From Candidatus Omnitrophota bacterium (GTDB lineage Bacteria > Omnitrophota > Gorgyraeia > Tantalellales > Tantalellaceae), in assembly GCA_043822245.1 (NCBI GenBank), contig JBDRBY010000046.1, forward strand, positions 1 through 61,187: a stretch of 61,187 nt of DNA. The letters run 5' to 3'. The notes beneath the pieces were generated by a model that worked only from the letters and a program-made list of their open reading frames with translations, searched no databases and was not told where the DNA came from. The translations under genes and the position numbers were made by a program. Positions 18,115-25,988 of this stretch are shown here, piece by piece (the stretch's first letter is position 1; each line of letters opens with the position of its first letter).

Positions 18115-18139
18115 ACTCGAAATTACAAAAACAGGCAAT

Positions 18140-18168
18140 TTGACATAAAAAAACAACTTTACAAATAT
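18140..18168 (+). promoter_or_regulatory. sigma-70-like promoter P2
   Basis: TTGACA (18140-18145), 17 nt, AAATAT (18163-18168). Reads toward the repeat array at 18252. Confidence 0.3.
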
Positions 18169-18251
18169 GAAGAGAGTGTGATATTGTCAAGGTTGGAATT
18201 CGATAGTGTCAAAAATAACATGAAAGAATTATGAAAGAAAGAGTGAAGTAG

Positions 18252-18460
18252 TTTCCCTTCTCTTTTTTGAAAAAAGGGCAGATCTTTTCCACCCTTTTGA
18301 AAAAGCGTCAGAACTTTTCTTCTTTGAAAAAGCGTCAGAACTTTTCGTCTTTGAAAAAGCGTCAGAACTTTCCTTCTTTGAAAAAGCGTCAGAACTTTTC
18401 TTCTTTGAAAAAGCGTCAGAACTTTCCCCCCTTTGAAAAAGGGGGCCAGGGGGATTTAAT
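18252..18460 (+). repeat. FEKG-type element: 27-bp tandem array plus (+) cap
   Basis: About 5 copies of TTTGAAAAAGCGTCAGAACTTTTCTTC plus 2 degenerate units. Ends in CCCCCCTTTGAAAAAGGGGGCCAGGGGGATTTAAT. Confidence 0.9.
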
Positions 18461-18534
18461 ACAAGATGAACTGTAAAATGAATCTGAAATCAAATGCATA
18501 TCGATTGTGGAGAGAAATGACAAAATCCCCCTAA
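18461..18534 (+). pseudogene. DUF559 5' remnant fused to a (-) cap
   Basis: The mini-ORF 18466-18534 reads MNCKMNLKSNAYRLWREMTKSP*. Compare the intact DUF559 N-terminus MLNYKPNLKSKAQQLRKEMTDS: 12 of 20 aligned residues match with a one-codon gap. It has the same ACA[AC]GATG junction after the (+) cap and the same TCCCCCTAA stop inside the (-) cap. Confidence 0.6.
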
Positions 18535-18553
18535 CCCCCTTTTCCAAAGGGGG
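18523..18553 (-). repeat. (-) cap of FEKG-type element
   Basis: AAAATCCCCCTAACCCCCTTTTCCAAAGGGGG is the reverse complement of the (+) cap consensus. Confidence 0.85.
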
Positions 18554-18666
18554 AATTTTAAGGGGGAGGGAAGTTAATATTAGATAACTGCTTTAGATGC
18601 AAAGGATTAAGAAAAATTTGGATACAAACTTTTGACAATACCTTGGAAAGGAGTGGGAGGTAAAGA

Positions 18667-19659
18667 ATGAAACGGTACAAATACGCCGCGTTATCGGCGA
18701 TAATAGATAAATTTGACAAAAAAAAGATAATGGTAATTGGGGATTTGCTTCTTGACCAATTTTTGTGGGGAGAAGTTTCTAGAATATCCCCGGAAGCGCC
18801 CGTTCCGGTAGTTTGGGTTAAAAAAGAAGGCTTTATGCCAGGCGGCGCCTGTAACGTGGCTAATAATCTAGCGAAATTAGGCGCGAAAGTTTTACTTGTC
18901 GGCATTGTGGGAAAAGACGAAAACGCGGAAATATTGAAAGATAAGCTGAAAGAACAGGGGATTTGCACTCAGGGAATTATTTCCGATAAAACCAGGACTA
19001 CCATTCTTAAAACGCGCGTTATCGCGCATCATCAGCAGGTTGTTCGTATCGATAGAGAAGAGATAGGCCATATTTCAGGCAAGCTTTTGTTTCAAGTGCA
19101 GGATTACCTGAGAGAGAATATTAAAAATTGTGATGGAATAATTATCGAAGATTATGGGAAAGGAGTCATTACGCCGTCTCTTCTTAAAATGGCGGTTCCT
19201 TTGGCGAAAAGGCATAACAAGGTTATAGCGGTAGACCCAAAAGAAAATCATTTTTCATATTACAAAGGTGTTAGTGTGGTAACTCCAAACCATCACGAGG
19301 CGGGAGTGGCGGTGGGGCTTCTCATTGACAATGATGCGGCACTGAAAGAGGCCGGTAGGAGGCTGTTAAAAAAGCTTAAAGCCGATGTTGTGTTAATAAC
19401 GCTTGGAGAAAATGGAATGATGGTGTTTGAAAGAGGGAAAACCCCGCGGCAGATTCCTACACTGGCACAGGAAGTGTTTGATGTTTCAGGCGCGGGAGAT
19501 ACTGTTATAGCTGTTTACACGTTATCCGCGATAAGCGGCGCGCCGCCGATTACTGCCGCGCATATAGCTAATTGCGCCGCGGGTATAGTTGTAGGTAAAA
19601 TTGGTGTGGCAGTTGTAGAAAAAAAAGAATTGCTAGATAAAATAAAAAGTAGCATATAG
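18667..19659 (+). CDS. rfaE: D-glycero-beta-D-manno-heptose-7-phosphate kinase (RfaE domain I type, PfkB family)
   Basis: VIGDLLLDQFLWGEVSRISPEAPVPVV and DVSGAGDTV are PfkB/RfaE-I motifs. At 330 aa it is the kinase domain only. Confidence 0.85.
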   Translation: MKRYKYAALSAIIDKFDKKKIMVIGDLLLDQFLWGEVSRISPEAPVPVVWVKKEGFMPGGACNVANNLAKLGAKVLLVGIVGKDENAEILKDKLKEQGICTQGIISDKTRTTILKTRVIAHHQQVVRIDREEIGHISGKLLFQVQDYLRENIKNCDGIIIEDYGKGVITPSLLKMAVPLAKRHNKVIAVDPKENHFSYYKGVSVVTPNHHEAGVAVGLLIDNDAALKEAGRRLLKKLKADVVLITLGENGMMVFERGKTPRQIPTLAQEVFDVSGAGDTVIAVYTLSAISGAPPITAAHIANCAAGIVVGKIGVAVVEKKELLDKIKSSI

Positions 19660-19674
19660 TATCCAAACGCTAAT

Positions 19675-20433
19675 ATGAAGATAATAGCAGTTATTCCGGC
19701 AAGATGGCATTCGACCAGGTTTGAAGGAAAAGTTTTGGCGGACATAAATGGTAAGCCAATGGTCCAGCACGTTTGGGAAAGAGTTAAACGCGCGCGCGCG
19801 ATTGATGAGGTTATTGTCGCGGTGGATACGGAGAAAGTTTTTAAAGCCGTGGAAAAATTCGGCGGTAAAGCGGTTTTTACTTCACAGGGGCATCCTTCAG
19901 GCACGGACAGGATTTCTGAAATCGCCAATTCGATTGACGCGGATATTTTTGTTAATGTTCAGTCGGATGAACCGCTTGTGCGTCCCTCAATGATTGACGC
20001 GCTGGCTCAGGTGTATGAGCGGGAGGGAGATATAAAGATGGCCACGCTCATTAAGAGGATTCATGAAAAAAGGGAGATATCAGATCCTAATGTTGTTAAA
20101 GTAGTTATTGATAGAAGGGCTTTCGCGTTATATTTTTCAAGGAGCCCGATACCGTTTATTCGGGATGAGACCCCCGGAGAGGATATGAGCGCCAGGTATT
20201 TTAAGCACATCGGGCTATATTCGTATACAAGGGATTTTTTGCTCACATATGCTAATCTTTCTAAGTCAATTTTGGAGAATGAAGAAAAATTAGAACAATT
20301 ACGGGTTTTGGAGCATGGCTATAAAATAAAAACAATAGAGACGCGGTATGAGACCGCGGGAGTTGACACCGCGGAGGATCTGGAGAGGGTCAGGAATATG
20401 TTGAGGAGAGAGGACATCAAAAACTATGAATAG
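19675..20433 (+). CDS. kdsB: 3-deoxy-manno-octulosonate cytidylyltransferase
   Basis: MKIIAVIPARWHSTRFEGKVLADINGKPMVQHV..., VNVQSDEP; 252 aa. Confidence 0.9.
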   Translation: MKIIAVIPARWHSTRFEGKVLADINGKPMVQHVWERVKRARAIDEVIVAVDTEKVFKAVEKFGGKAVFTSQGHPSGTDRISEIANSIDADIFVNVQSDEPLVRPSMIDALAQVYEREGDIKMATLIKRIHEKREISDPNVVKVVIDRRAFALYFSRSPIPFIRDETPGEDMSARYFKHIGLYSYTRDFLLTYANLSKSILENEEKLEQLRVLEHGYKIKTIETRYETAGVDTAEDLERVRNMLRREDIKNYE

Positions 20434-21253
20434 TAAAATTGTGAAAGTAAAAGATATTGTGTTTGGGAAAGAGAAACCTCTTGTTTTGATCGCGGGGCCG
20501 TGTGTTATTGAGTCCAGGGAAAGCGCGTTTTATCACGCGCGGAGAATAAAAGAAATAACTAAAAAGTTTGCCGTGCCGTTTATTTTTAAATCGAGTTATG
20601 ACAAAGCGAACAGGAGTTCCGTGAATTCTTTTAGAGGCCCGGGAATAGAAGAGGGTCTGGAAATTTTGCAAGCTATTCGTGAAGATTTAAAAATTCCGAT
20701 TCTCAGCGATGTACATTGCACCAAAGAACTCACCCGCGCGGCGAAAGTTTTGGATGTGATACAAATACCGGCGTTTTTATGCAGGCAGACTGATTTGATT
20801 GTCGAGGCGGCTTCTTTTGGAAAGCCGATTAATGTTAAAAAAGGGCAATTTATGGCCCCGCGAGAGATGAAGAATGTGATAGCTAAGATTGAATCTACAG
20901 GCAATAAAAATATCCTCTTAACGGAGAGGGGGACTACTTTTGGGTACAACACGCTTGTGAATGATTTTCGGGCAATCGTCATAATGGCTGAGACGGGGTA
21001 TCCGGTTATATATGATGCCACCCATTCCGTGCAGATGCCGGCAGGCAGGGGCTCGTCAAGCGGCGGAGATTCAAAGTACGTGCTTCCTCTTTCAAAAGCC
21101 GCTGTGGCAGTGGGTTGTGACGCGCTTTTTGTTGAAGTTCACGCCCATCCGGATAAAGCCATGAGTGATGGCCCGAATATGCTAAAACTGGAAGATCTTG
21201 AAAATTATTTATCTCAGATAAAACAAATAGAGAAGGCGGCAAGAAAAAGATGA
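20426..21253 (+). CDS. kdsA: 3-deoxy-8-phosphooctulonate (KDO8P) synthase
   Basis: LIAGPCVIES, FKSSYDKANRSS, IPAFLCRQTDL and ATHSVQMP motifs; 275 aa. Confidence 0.95.
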   Translation: MNSKIVKVKDIVFGKEKPLVLIAGPCVIESRESAFYHARRIKEITKKFAVPFIFKSSYDKANRSSVNSFRGPGIEEGLEILQAIREDLKIPILSDVHCTKELTRAAKVLDVIQIPAFLCRQTDLIVEAASFGKPINVKKGQFMAPREMKNVIAKIESTGNKNILLTERGTTFGYNTLVNDFRAIVIMAETGYPVIYDATHSVQMPAGRGSSSGGDSKYVLPLSKAAVAVGCDALFVEVHAHPDKAMSDGPNMLKLEDLENYLSQIKQIEKAARKR

Positions 21254-22209
21254 CTATTTCCAGCGCGAAAAAAGTACTAATCAATGAGAGCAAGGCAATA
21301 GCTAAACTTGTGGAAAAATTAGACGTTCAGTTTGAAAGGGTTGTCGATCTTTTAGCCAAGAATAAAGGGCGTGTCATAATTACTGGAATGGGAAAACCTG
21401 GATTTATAGCTCAAAAGGTTTCCGCTACTATGTCTTCAACCGGTACGCCCTCACTTTATCTTCATCCGGCCGAGGCGCTTCACGGAGACCTCGGACGAGT
21501 TACTAAAGATGATGTTATTATAGCGTTTTCCAATAGCGGTGAAACCGAAGAAATAATAAGGCTGATTCCTATAATAAAGAAGATAGGCGTTAAGCTGATT
21601 GCCGTTACAGGCAAAAAGAAATCAACCTTGGCCGCGAACAGCGATTTTGTTATTGACAGTTCTGTTGATTCTGAAGCTTGTCCCATGGGGTTAGCCCCGA
21701 CTACATCAACTACCGCGATGTTGGCTTTAGGCGACGCCCTCGCGATCGCCCTTCTTGAAAGAAAAAATTTTCAGCCGAAAGATTTCGCGTTGTTTCATCC
21801 CGGAGGCGCGCTAGGTAAACGCCTTCTTCTAAAAGTACAGGACATAATGAGAATAAAGCTGAACACGCCTATCGTGAAAGAAAATACCAGGATAAAGGAT
21901 GTTCTTCTAATAATCACAAAAATGCGCGCCGGCTCGGCAAGTGTTGTAGATTCTAAAGGTGTATTAACAGGCATATTTACGGACGGGGATTTAAGAAGGC
22001 ATTTTGAAAAAGGGCGGGACCTTTTAAGTTGTAAAGTCGGAGATGTTATGACAAAGGCCCCCGTGACAATCACGCAGGATCGTTTAGCCGCGGAAGCTTT
22101 TGAAATTTTACGCGCGAAAAAAATCGATGAAATCCCGGTTGTTGACAAAAAAGGCCATCCAATTGGGATTCTGGATGTGCAGGATATCTTAAAAGCGGGA
22201 TTGGTGTGA
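21250..22209 (+). CDS. kdsD: arabinose-5-phosphate isomerase (SIS plus 2 CBS)
   Basis: GRVIITGMGKPGFIAQKVSATMSSTGTP..LHPAEALHGDLG, then a CBS pair. Confidence 0.9.
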   Translation: MTISSAKKVLINESKAIAKLVEKLDVQFERVVDLLAKNKGRVIITGMGKPGFIAQKVSATMSSTGTPSLYLHPAEALHGDLGRVTKDDVIIAFSNSGETEEIIRLIPIIKKIGVKLIAVTGKKKSTLAANSDFVIDSSVDSEACPMGLAPTTSTTAMLALGDALAIALLERKNFQPKDFALFHPGGALGKRLLLKVQDIMRIKLNTPIVKENTRIKDVLLIITKMRAGSASVVDSKGVLTGIFTDGDLRRHFEKGRDLLSCKVGDVMTKAPVTITQDRLAAEAFEILRAKKIDEIPVVDKKGHPIGILDVQDILKAGLV

Positions 22210-22220
22210 GGAATGAAAAA

Positions 22221-22243
22221 TTTAAAATGCAAAATGTAAAATT
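22221..22243. repeat. AT-rich 23-mer TTTAAAATGCAAAATGTAAAATT
   Basis: An identical 23-mer lies at 36393-36415. Confidence 0.85.
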
Positions 22244-22279
22244 ATAAAAGTAAAATTGTAATTTAAAAGGGAGAATTTT

Positions 22280-22816
22280 ATGGGGCAATATTCTTTGGAT
22301 GTTATTGAAAGGGCGAAGAAGATAAAGCTTTTGGCGTTAGACGTGGATGGCGTGCTTACAGACGGCAGAATCATATACGGCTCATATGGGGATGAATTAA
22401 AGAATTTTGATGTTAACGACGGGTTGGGAATACTTCTCGTTAAACGAGCGAGACTTAAATGTATAATCTTGACTGCTAAGGGTGCCAAGGTGGTTACCAA
22501 AAGAGCGAAAGAGTTGGGGATAGACAAGGTGTATCAGAATTTTCATTATAAAATTGAGGCCTTAAAAAAGATTCGAGCGAAGTTTAGAGTAAAAGAAGAA
22601 GAAATTTGTTTTGTAGGCGATGATCTTATAGATATTCCCATCTTAAAAAGGTCAGGCCTCGCGGTATCTCCGCCTAACGCCGTGGATGATGTTAAAAAAT
22701 TCGCTCATTTTATTACAAAAAAATCAGGCGGACGCGGAGCGGTAAGAGAAGTATGCGACCTTCTTTTAAAAGCGCAGGAAAAATGGGACAAAGCGACAGC
22801 GCGGTACTTTGAGTAA
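22280..22816 (+). CDS. kdsC: KDO-8-phosphate phosphatase (HAD-IIIA, YrbI family)
   Basis: LLALDVDGVLTDG.I, DG.G and VGDDLIDIP; 178 aa. Confidence 0.85.
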   Translation: MGQYSLDVIERAKKIKLLALDVDGVLTDGRIIYGSYGDELKNFDVNDGLGILLVKRARLKCIILTAKGAKVVTKRAKELGIDKVYQNFHYKIEALKKIRAKFRVKEEEICFVGDDLIDIPILKRSGLAVSPPNAVDDVKKFAHFITKKSGGRGAVREVCDLLLKAQEKWDKATARYFE

Positions 22817-22819
22817 AAC

Positions 22820-23182
22820 ATGTACACAATAAAAGTTATATCACAATTTAGCGGGGCGCATAATCTTAGAGGGTATAAGGGTAAATGTGAAGGTCTGCAT
22901 GGCCATAACTGGCAGGTAGAAGTGACGGCGGCGTCTGAAGTTCTTAATGAGATGGCAATGGTGATGGATTTTAAAGATCTCAAAGAGATTCTTAACGGTG
23001 TTATCTCTGTTTTTGATCATAAGCATTTGAATGAAATCGAATATTTTAAAAAAATTAATCCAACTTCGGAAAGTATAGCGAAGTACATTCATAACGAAAT
23101 AGTTAAGAAAATTCCTGAAGTAAAGATTCAACAAGTGACGGTATGGGAAACGGAATCGTCGTCGGCGGAATATAGTGAATAG
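22820..23182 (+). CDS. queD: 6-carboxy-5,6,7,8-tetrahydropterin synthase
   Basis: FSGAHNLRGYKGKCEGLHGHNW.VEV....MVMDF..LK; 120 aa. Confidence 0.9.
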   Translation: MYTIKVISQFSGAHNLRGYKGKCEGLHGHNWQVEVTAASEVLNEMAMVMDFKDLKEILNGVISVFDHKHLNEIEYFKKINPTSESIAKYIHNEIVKKIPEVKIQQVTVWETESSSAEYSE

Positions 23183-23231
23183 CATTTAGTGAATAGTGGG
23201 TAGTGAATAGGGGGGGGGGGGGATAGTGAAG
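23173..23231. repeat. 14-bp-phased TAGTGAATAG repeats interrupted by a G13 homopolymer
   Basis: TAGTGAATAG at 23173, 23187 and 23201. G13 at 23210-23222. TAGTGAAG at 23224 contains the queC GTG start. The first copy contains the queD stop. Confidence 0.85.
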
Positions 23232-23882
23232 AGTAGGGCGGTGGTGTTACTTTCGGGGGGGATGGATTCGGCGGTTACGCTTTATATGGCAAAACAGAGA
23301 TATGAATGTAACGCGCTTATATTTAATTACGGGCAAAAAGCGAAAAAAGAGACAGAGTGCGCTCAAAAGATAGCTGTAACGTCAGGATGCGAATATTGTT
23401 TGATGAATATTTCTCTACCGTGGAAAGGCAGTTCCCTTTTGGATGATAAAAAAGATATACCGTCCGGAAAGATAAGCGCGCCCGGAAAAATTCCGGATAC
23501 ATATGTTCCCGCGAGAAATATTATTTTTTTAAGCTTTGGTGTTTCTTTCGCGGAAGCAATCGGCGCGCGATCGGTATTTATCGGCGCGCACGAGATGGAT
23601 TTTTCCAATTATCCTGATTGCCGCGAAGAATTTTTTGAAAGTTTTCAGGAAACAATTCGTCGTGGCACAAAAACCGGCACGGAACGCGCGGGCATAAAAA
23701 TTGAAACGCCTATTCTTTTTAAAACGAAAAAAGAAATAGTAGAAATTGGCTGGAAACTTGGTGTTCCATTTGACCTTACATGGTCATGTTATCGAGGGGG
23801 AGAGGCCCCTTGCGGCAAGTGCGAGTCATGCTTGTTTCGGACAAAAGCATTTAGCGATGCTGGGGTAACTTTAGAAAATTGA
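23226..23882 (+). CDS. queC: 7-cyano-7-deazaguanine synthase (GTG start)
   Basis: VVLLSGGMDSAV PP-loop and C-terminal CYRG...CGKCESC zinc motif; 218 aa. Confidence 0.9.
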   Translation: MKSRAVVLLSGGMDSAVTLYMAKQRYECNALIFNYGQKAKKETECAQKIAVTSGCEYCLMNISLPWKGSSLLDDKKDIPSGKISAPGKIPDTYVPARNIIFLSFGVSFAEAIGARSVFIGAHEMDFSNYPDCREEFFESFQETIRRGTKTGTERAGIKIETPILFKTKKEIVEIGWKLGVPFDLTWSCYRGGEAPCGKCESCLFRTKAFSDAGVTLEN

Positions 23883-23937
23883 AGGTGAAGGTAAAGGGTT
23901 ACGCTCGGTATATAATTTCTAACTTTAAATTTTTTAT

Positions 23938-24627
23938 ATGAACGCGAAAATATCAGAACTATTTTTATCGTATCAGGGTGAGGGGCCGTTTACGGGAAGC
24001 CGCCAGCTGTTTGTCCGTTTTTACGGATGCAATCTTAATTGCGTTTATTGTGATACTTTTTTGAGCAGTTATAAGTCTTTTTCTAAAGATAATCTGTTAG
24101 GTAAAATCCTGGATTTTGGGGATGACTATAATGAGCTGAGCCTTACGGGCGGAGAGCCTTTATTGTACGCGGATTTTTTAAAAGAATTTTTGCCGCTCTT
24201 TAAAAAACATCGCTCCAATGCTGTTTATTTAGAAACAAATGGCGTGTTGTCGGAAGAGCTTAAGAAGATTTTTGACTATGTTGACATAGTCGCTATGGAT
24301 ATTAAACTTCCGTCTTCTACTGGGAAAACTGAAGATTTATGGAAAGAGCATACTGATTTTATTAAGTACGCCTCGGACCGAGAGCTTATAATAAAGGCGG
24401 TTATTACCGACTCAACAACGATTGATGACATAAAGACAATGAGTGGTATATTGAAAGGCATAGATAAAGAATATACGGTTGTCTTACAGCCGGTCACGCC
24501 TGTTAATGATCTAGTTAAGGCGCCAGACGAAGAGATGCTCTCTTATTTTAAGGGATATGTTGTTCAGACAACCGGTAAAAACGCCGCGATATTGGGTCAA
24601 ACGCACAAGTGTTTGGGTATAAGATAA
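23938..24627 (+). CDS. queE: 7-carboxy-7-deazaguanine synthase (radical SAM)
   Basis: ELFLSYQGEGPFTG..QLFVRFYGCNLNCVYCDT; 229 aa. Confidence 0.85.
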   Translation: MNAKISELFLSYQGEGPFTGSRQLFVRFYGCNLNCVYCDTFLSSYKSFSKDNLLGKILDFGDDYNELSLTGGEPLLYADFLKEFLPLFKKHRSNAVYLETNGVLSEELKKIFDYVDIVAMDIKLPSSTGKTEDLWKEHTDFIKYASDRELIIKAVITDSTTIDDIKTMSGILKGIDKEYTVVLQPVTPVNDLVKAPDEEMLSYFKGYVVQTTGKNAAILGQTHKCLGIR

Positions 24628-24656
24628 TAGAAATGAAAAACGCAAAATTCAAAACC

Positions 24657-24680
24657 GTATGGCAAAGGCACGCCTTTGCC
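24657..24680. repeat. REP-like hairpin GTATGGCAAAGG-CACG-CCTTTGCC
   Basis: GGCAAAGGCACGCCTTTGCCGATA is identical to 56404-56427. Confidence 0.8.
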
Positions 24681-24697
24681 GATATTTAAGGGGATAA

Positions 24698-25090
24698 ATG
24701 AAAAAGAATTATGAAGGGCTTCAGGAAAATGTCAGGAAGTTAAAATTTCCTAAAATAGATGTTTGGGAGAATAAGTATCAGGACAGAAGGTATGTGGTGA
24801 AGTTTGATACGTCTGAGTTTACGTGCATATGCCCTAAGACGGGCCTTCCGGATTTCGCGCGTATTTTTATAGAATATTCTCCCCGCGAATGGTGCATTGA
24901 ATTAAAATCGTTCAAAGAGTATATAGTTTCTTACAGAGACCGCGGAATGTTTCACGAGCATGTTGTTAACCGAATGATTCAGGATCTCGCGGAAGCCTGC
25001 CTGCCTTTTTGGATAAACATAAGGGGGGTTTTTAACACGCGCGGTGGGATTACGACGACTGTGGAGGCGGGGATAGGGGATAGGGGATAG
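24698..25090 (+). CDS. queF: NADPH-dependent 7-cyano-7-deazaguanine reductase (YkvM type)
   Basis: EFTCICPKTGLPDFA and EHVVNRM (QueF motif region); 130 aa. Confidence 0.9.
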   Translation: MKKNYEGLQENVRKLKFPKIDVWENKYQDRRYVVKFDTSEFTCICPKTGLPDFARIFIEYSPREWCIELKSFKEYIVSYRDRGMFHEHVVNRMIQDLAEACLPFWINIRGVFNTRGGITTTVEAGIGDRG

Positions 25091-25096
25091 GGAATA
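25069..25096. repeat. 4 x 7-bp tandem GGGGATA
   Basis: GGGGATA GGGGATA GGGGATA GGGAATA spans the queF stop (25088-25090) and ends 2 nt before GTG 25099. Confidence 0.85.
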
Positions 25097-25098
25097 GG

Positions 25099-25986
25099 GT
25101 GAAGATAAAAACTCGGAGATATTACATATATTACGCGTCAAAAATTTTGTTCTTTGCGATAAGTTTAATTCCGCGTAAAATAAGCCTTGTTATCGCGGAT
25201 TTCTTAGGCAGAAAAGCTTTCTCGTTGCTTCCAAAATATCGAGATATAACAATATCGAATTTGAATGAGGCGTTTGGCGGTGATCATGAAAAAAATTTAC
25301 GCATGGCAAGGGATGTTTTTCGCGGCCTCGCGAAAAGCGGCGCTGATTGGATAAAATTAATGTCTCTTGGCAAAAAAGGCGCTCTTCGGCTTGTAAGCGA
25401 ATGTCAGGGGCTGGAATATCTGGATAAGACTTTAGGAAACGAGAGAGGCGCGATTCTTCTTGCTTCTCATTTTGGCAATTGGGAACTTTTGTCCGCGTAT
25501 CTTTCAACAAGAGGATACAAAGGCGCAATAATAGTAAGAAGGCTGTACTTTTATAAGTATGACAATTTTATAGTAAGGCTGAGGCGGAAGTTCGGTGTGC
25601 AGGTTGTATATCGAGATGAATCACCGAAAAAATTATTAAAAGTGCTTAAAAAAGGCGAAATGTTGGGGATTTTGGCGGATCAGGATGTTGACAGTACAAG
25701 CGGTGTATTTGTGAATTTTTTTGGGAAGAGCGCGTACACGCCCACGGCGCCGGTAAAATTCGCTATGGCCGCGAGAGTAGATATAGTACCGGCTTTCATG
25801 ATACGTAAGCCGGATGATTCTTATAAGTTGGTAGTAGAAAAACCGATTACCCTGTTACCGGAGAAAGATAAGGCAGAGAGTGTGCGAAAGTATACTCAGC
25901 TTTGGACAGATATTCTTGAGAAATATGTGAGGCAATATCCTGAGCAATGGGTATGGTTGCATAGAAGGTGGAAGACTGAGAAATAA
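25099..25986 (+). CDS. lipid A (Kdo2-lipid IVA) late acyltransferase, LpxL/HtrB family (GTG start)
   Basis: N-terminal TM segment. LLASHFGNWELLS is the HtrB-family H(x4)E-type motif region, plus ILADQD. 295 aa in LPS gene context. Confidence 0.75.
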   Translation: MKIKTRRYYIYYASKILFFAISLIPRKISLVIADFLGRKAFSLLPKYRDITISNLNEAFGGDHEKNLRMARDVFRGLAKSGADWIKLMSLGKKGALRLVSECQGLEYLDKTLGNERGAILLASHFGNWELLSAYLSTRGYKGAIIVRRLYFYKYDNFIVRLRRKFGVQVVYRDESPKKLLKVLKKGEMLGILADQDVDSTSGVFVNFFGKSAYTPTAPVKFAMAARVDIVPAFMIRKPDDSYKLVVEKPITLLPEKDKAESVRKYTQLWTDILEKYVRQYPEQWVWLHRRWKTEK

Positions 25987-25988
25987 TT

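Noticed and set aside
18267-18476. ORF-track proteins made of repeats could be real genes: 18267-18476, 30201-30419, 49360-49701, 49458-49682, 52697-53056, 52879-53376 and 53559-53906.
   Set aside because: They are translations of the tandem arrays, readable on both strands. Unit periods of 28 and 35 bp are not multiples of 3. There are no RBSs, and the same DNA is better explained as hairpin repeats.
23183-23225. A preQ1 riboswitch might be expected upstream of the queC/queE/queF genes.
   Set aside because: The gaps contain only the TAGTGAATAG/G13 repeats, an AT-rich 55-nt spacer and a REP hairpin. I could not see the preQ1-I (..CCTCTATAAAAAACTAA) or preQ1-II patterns.
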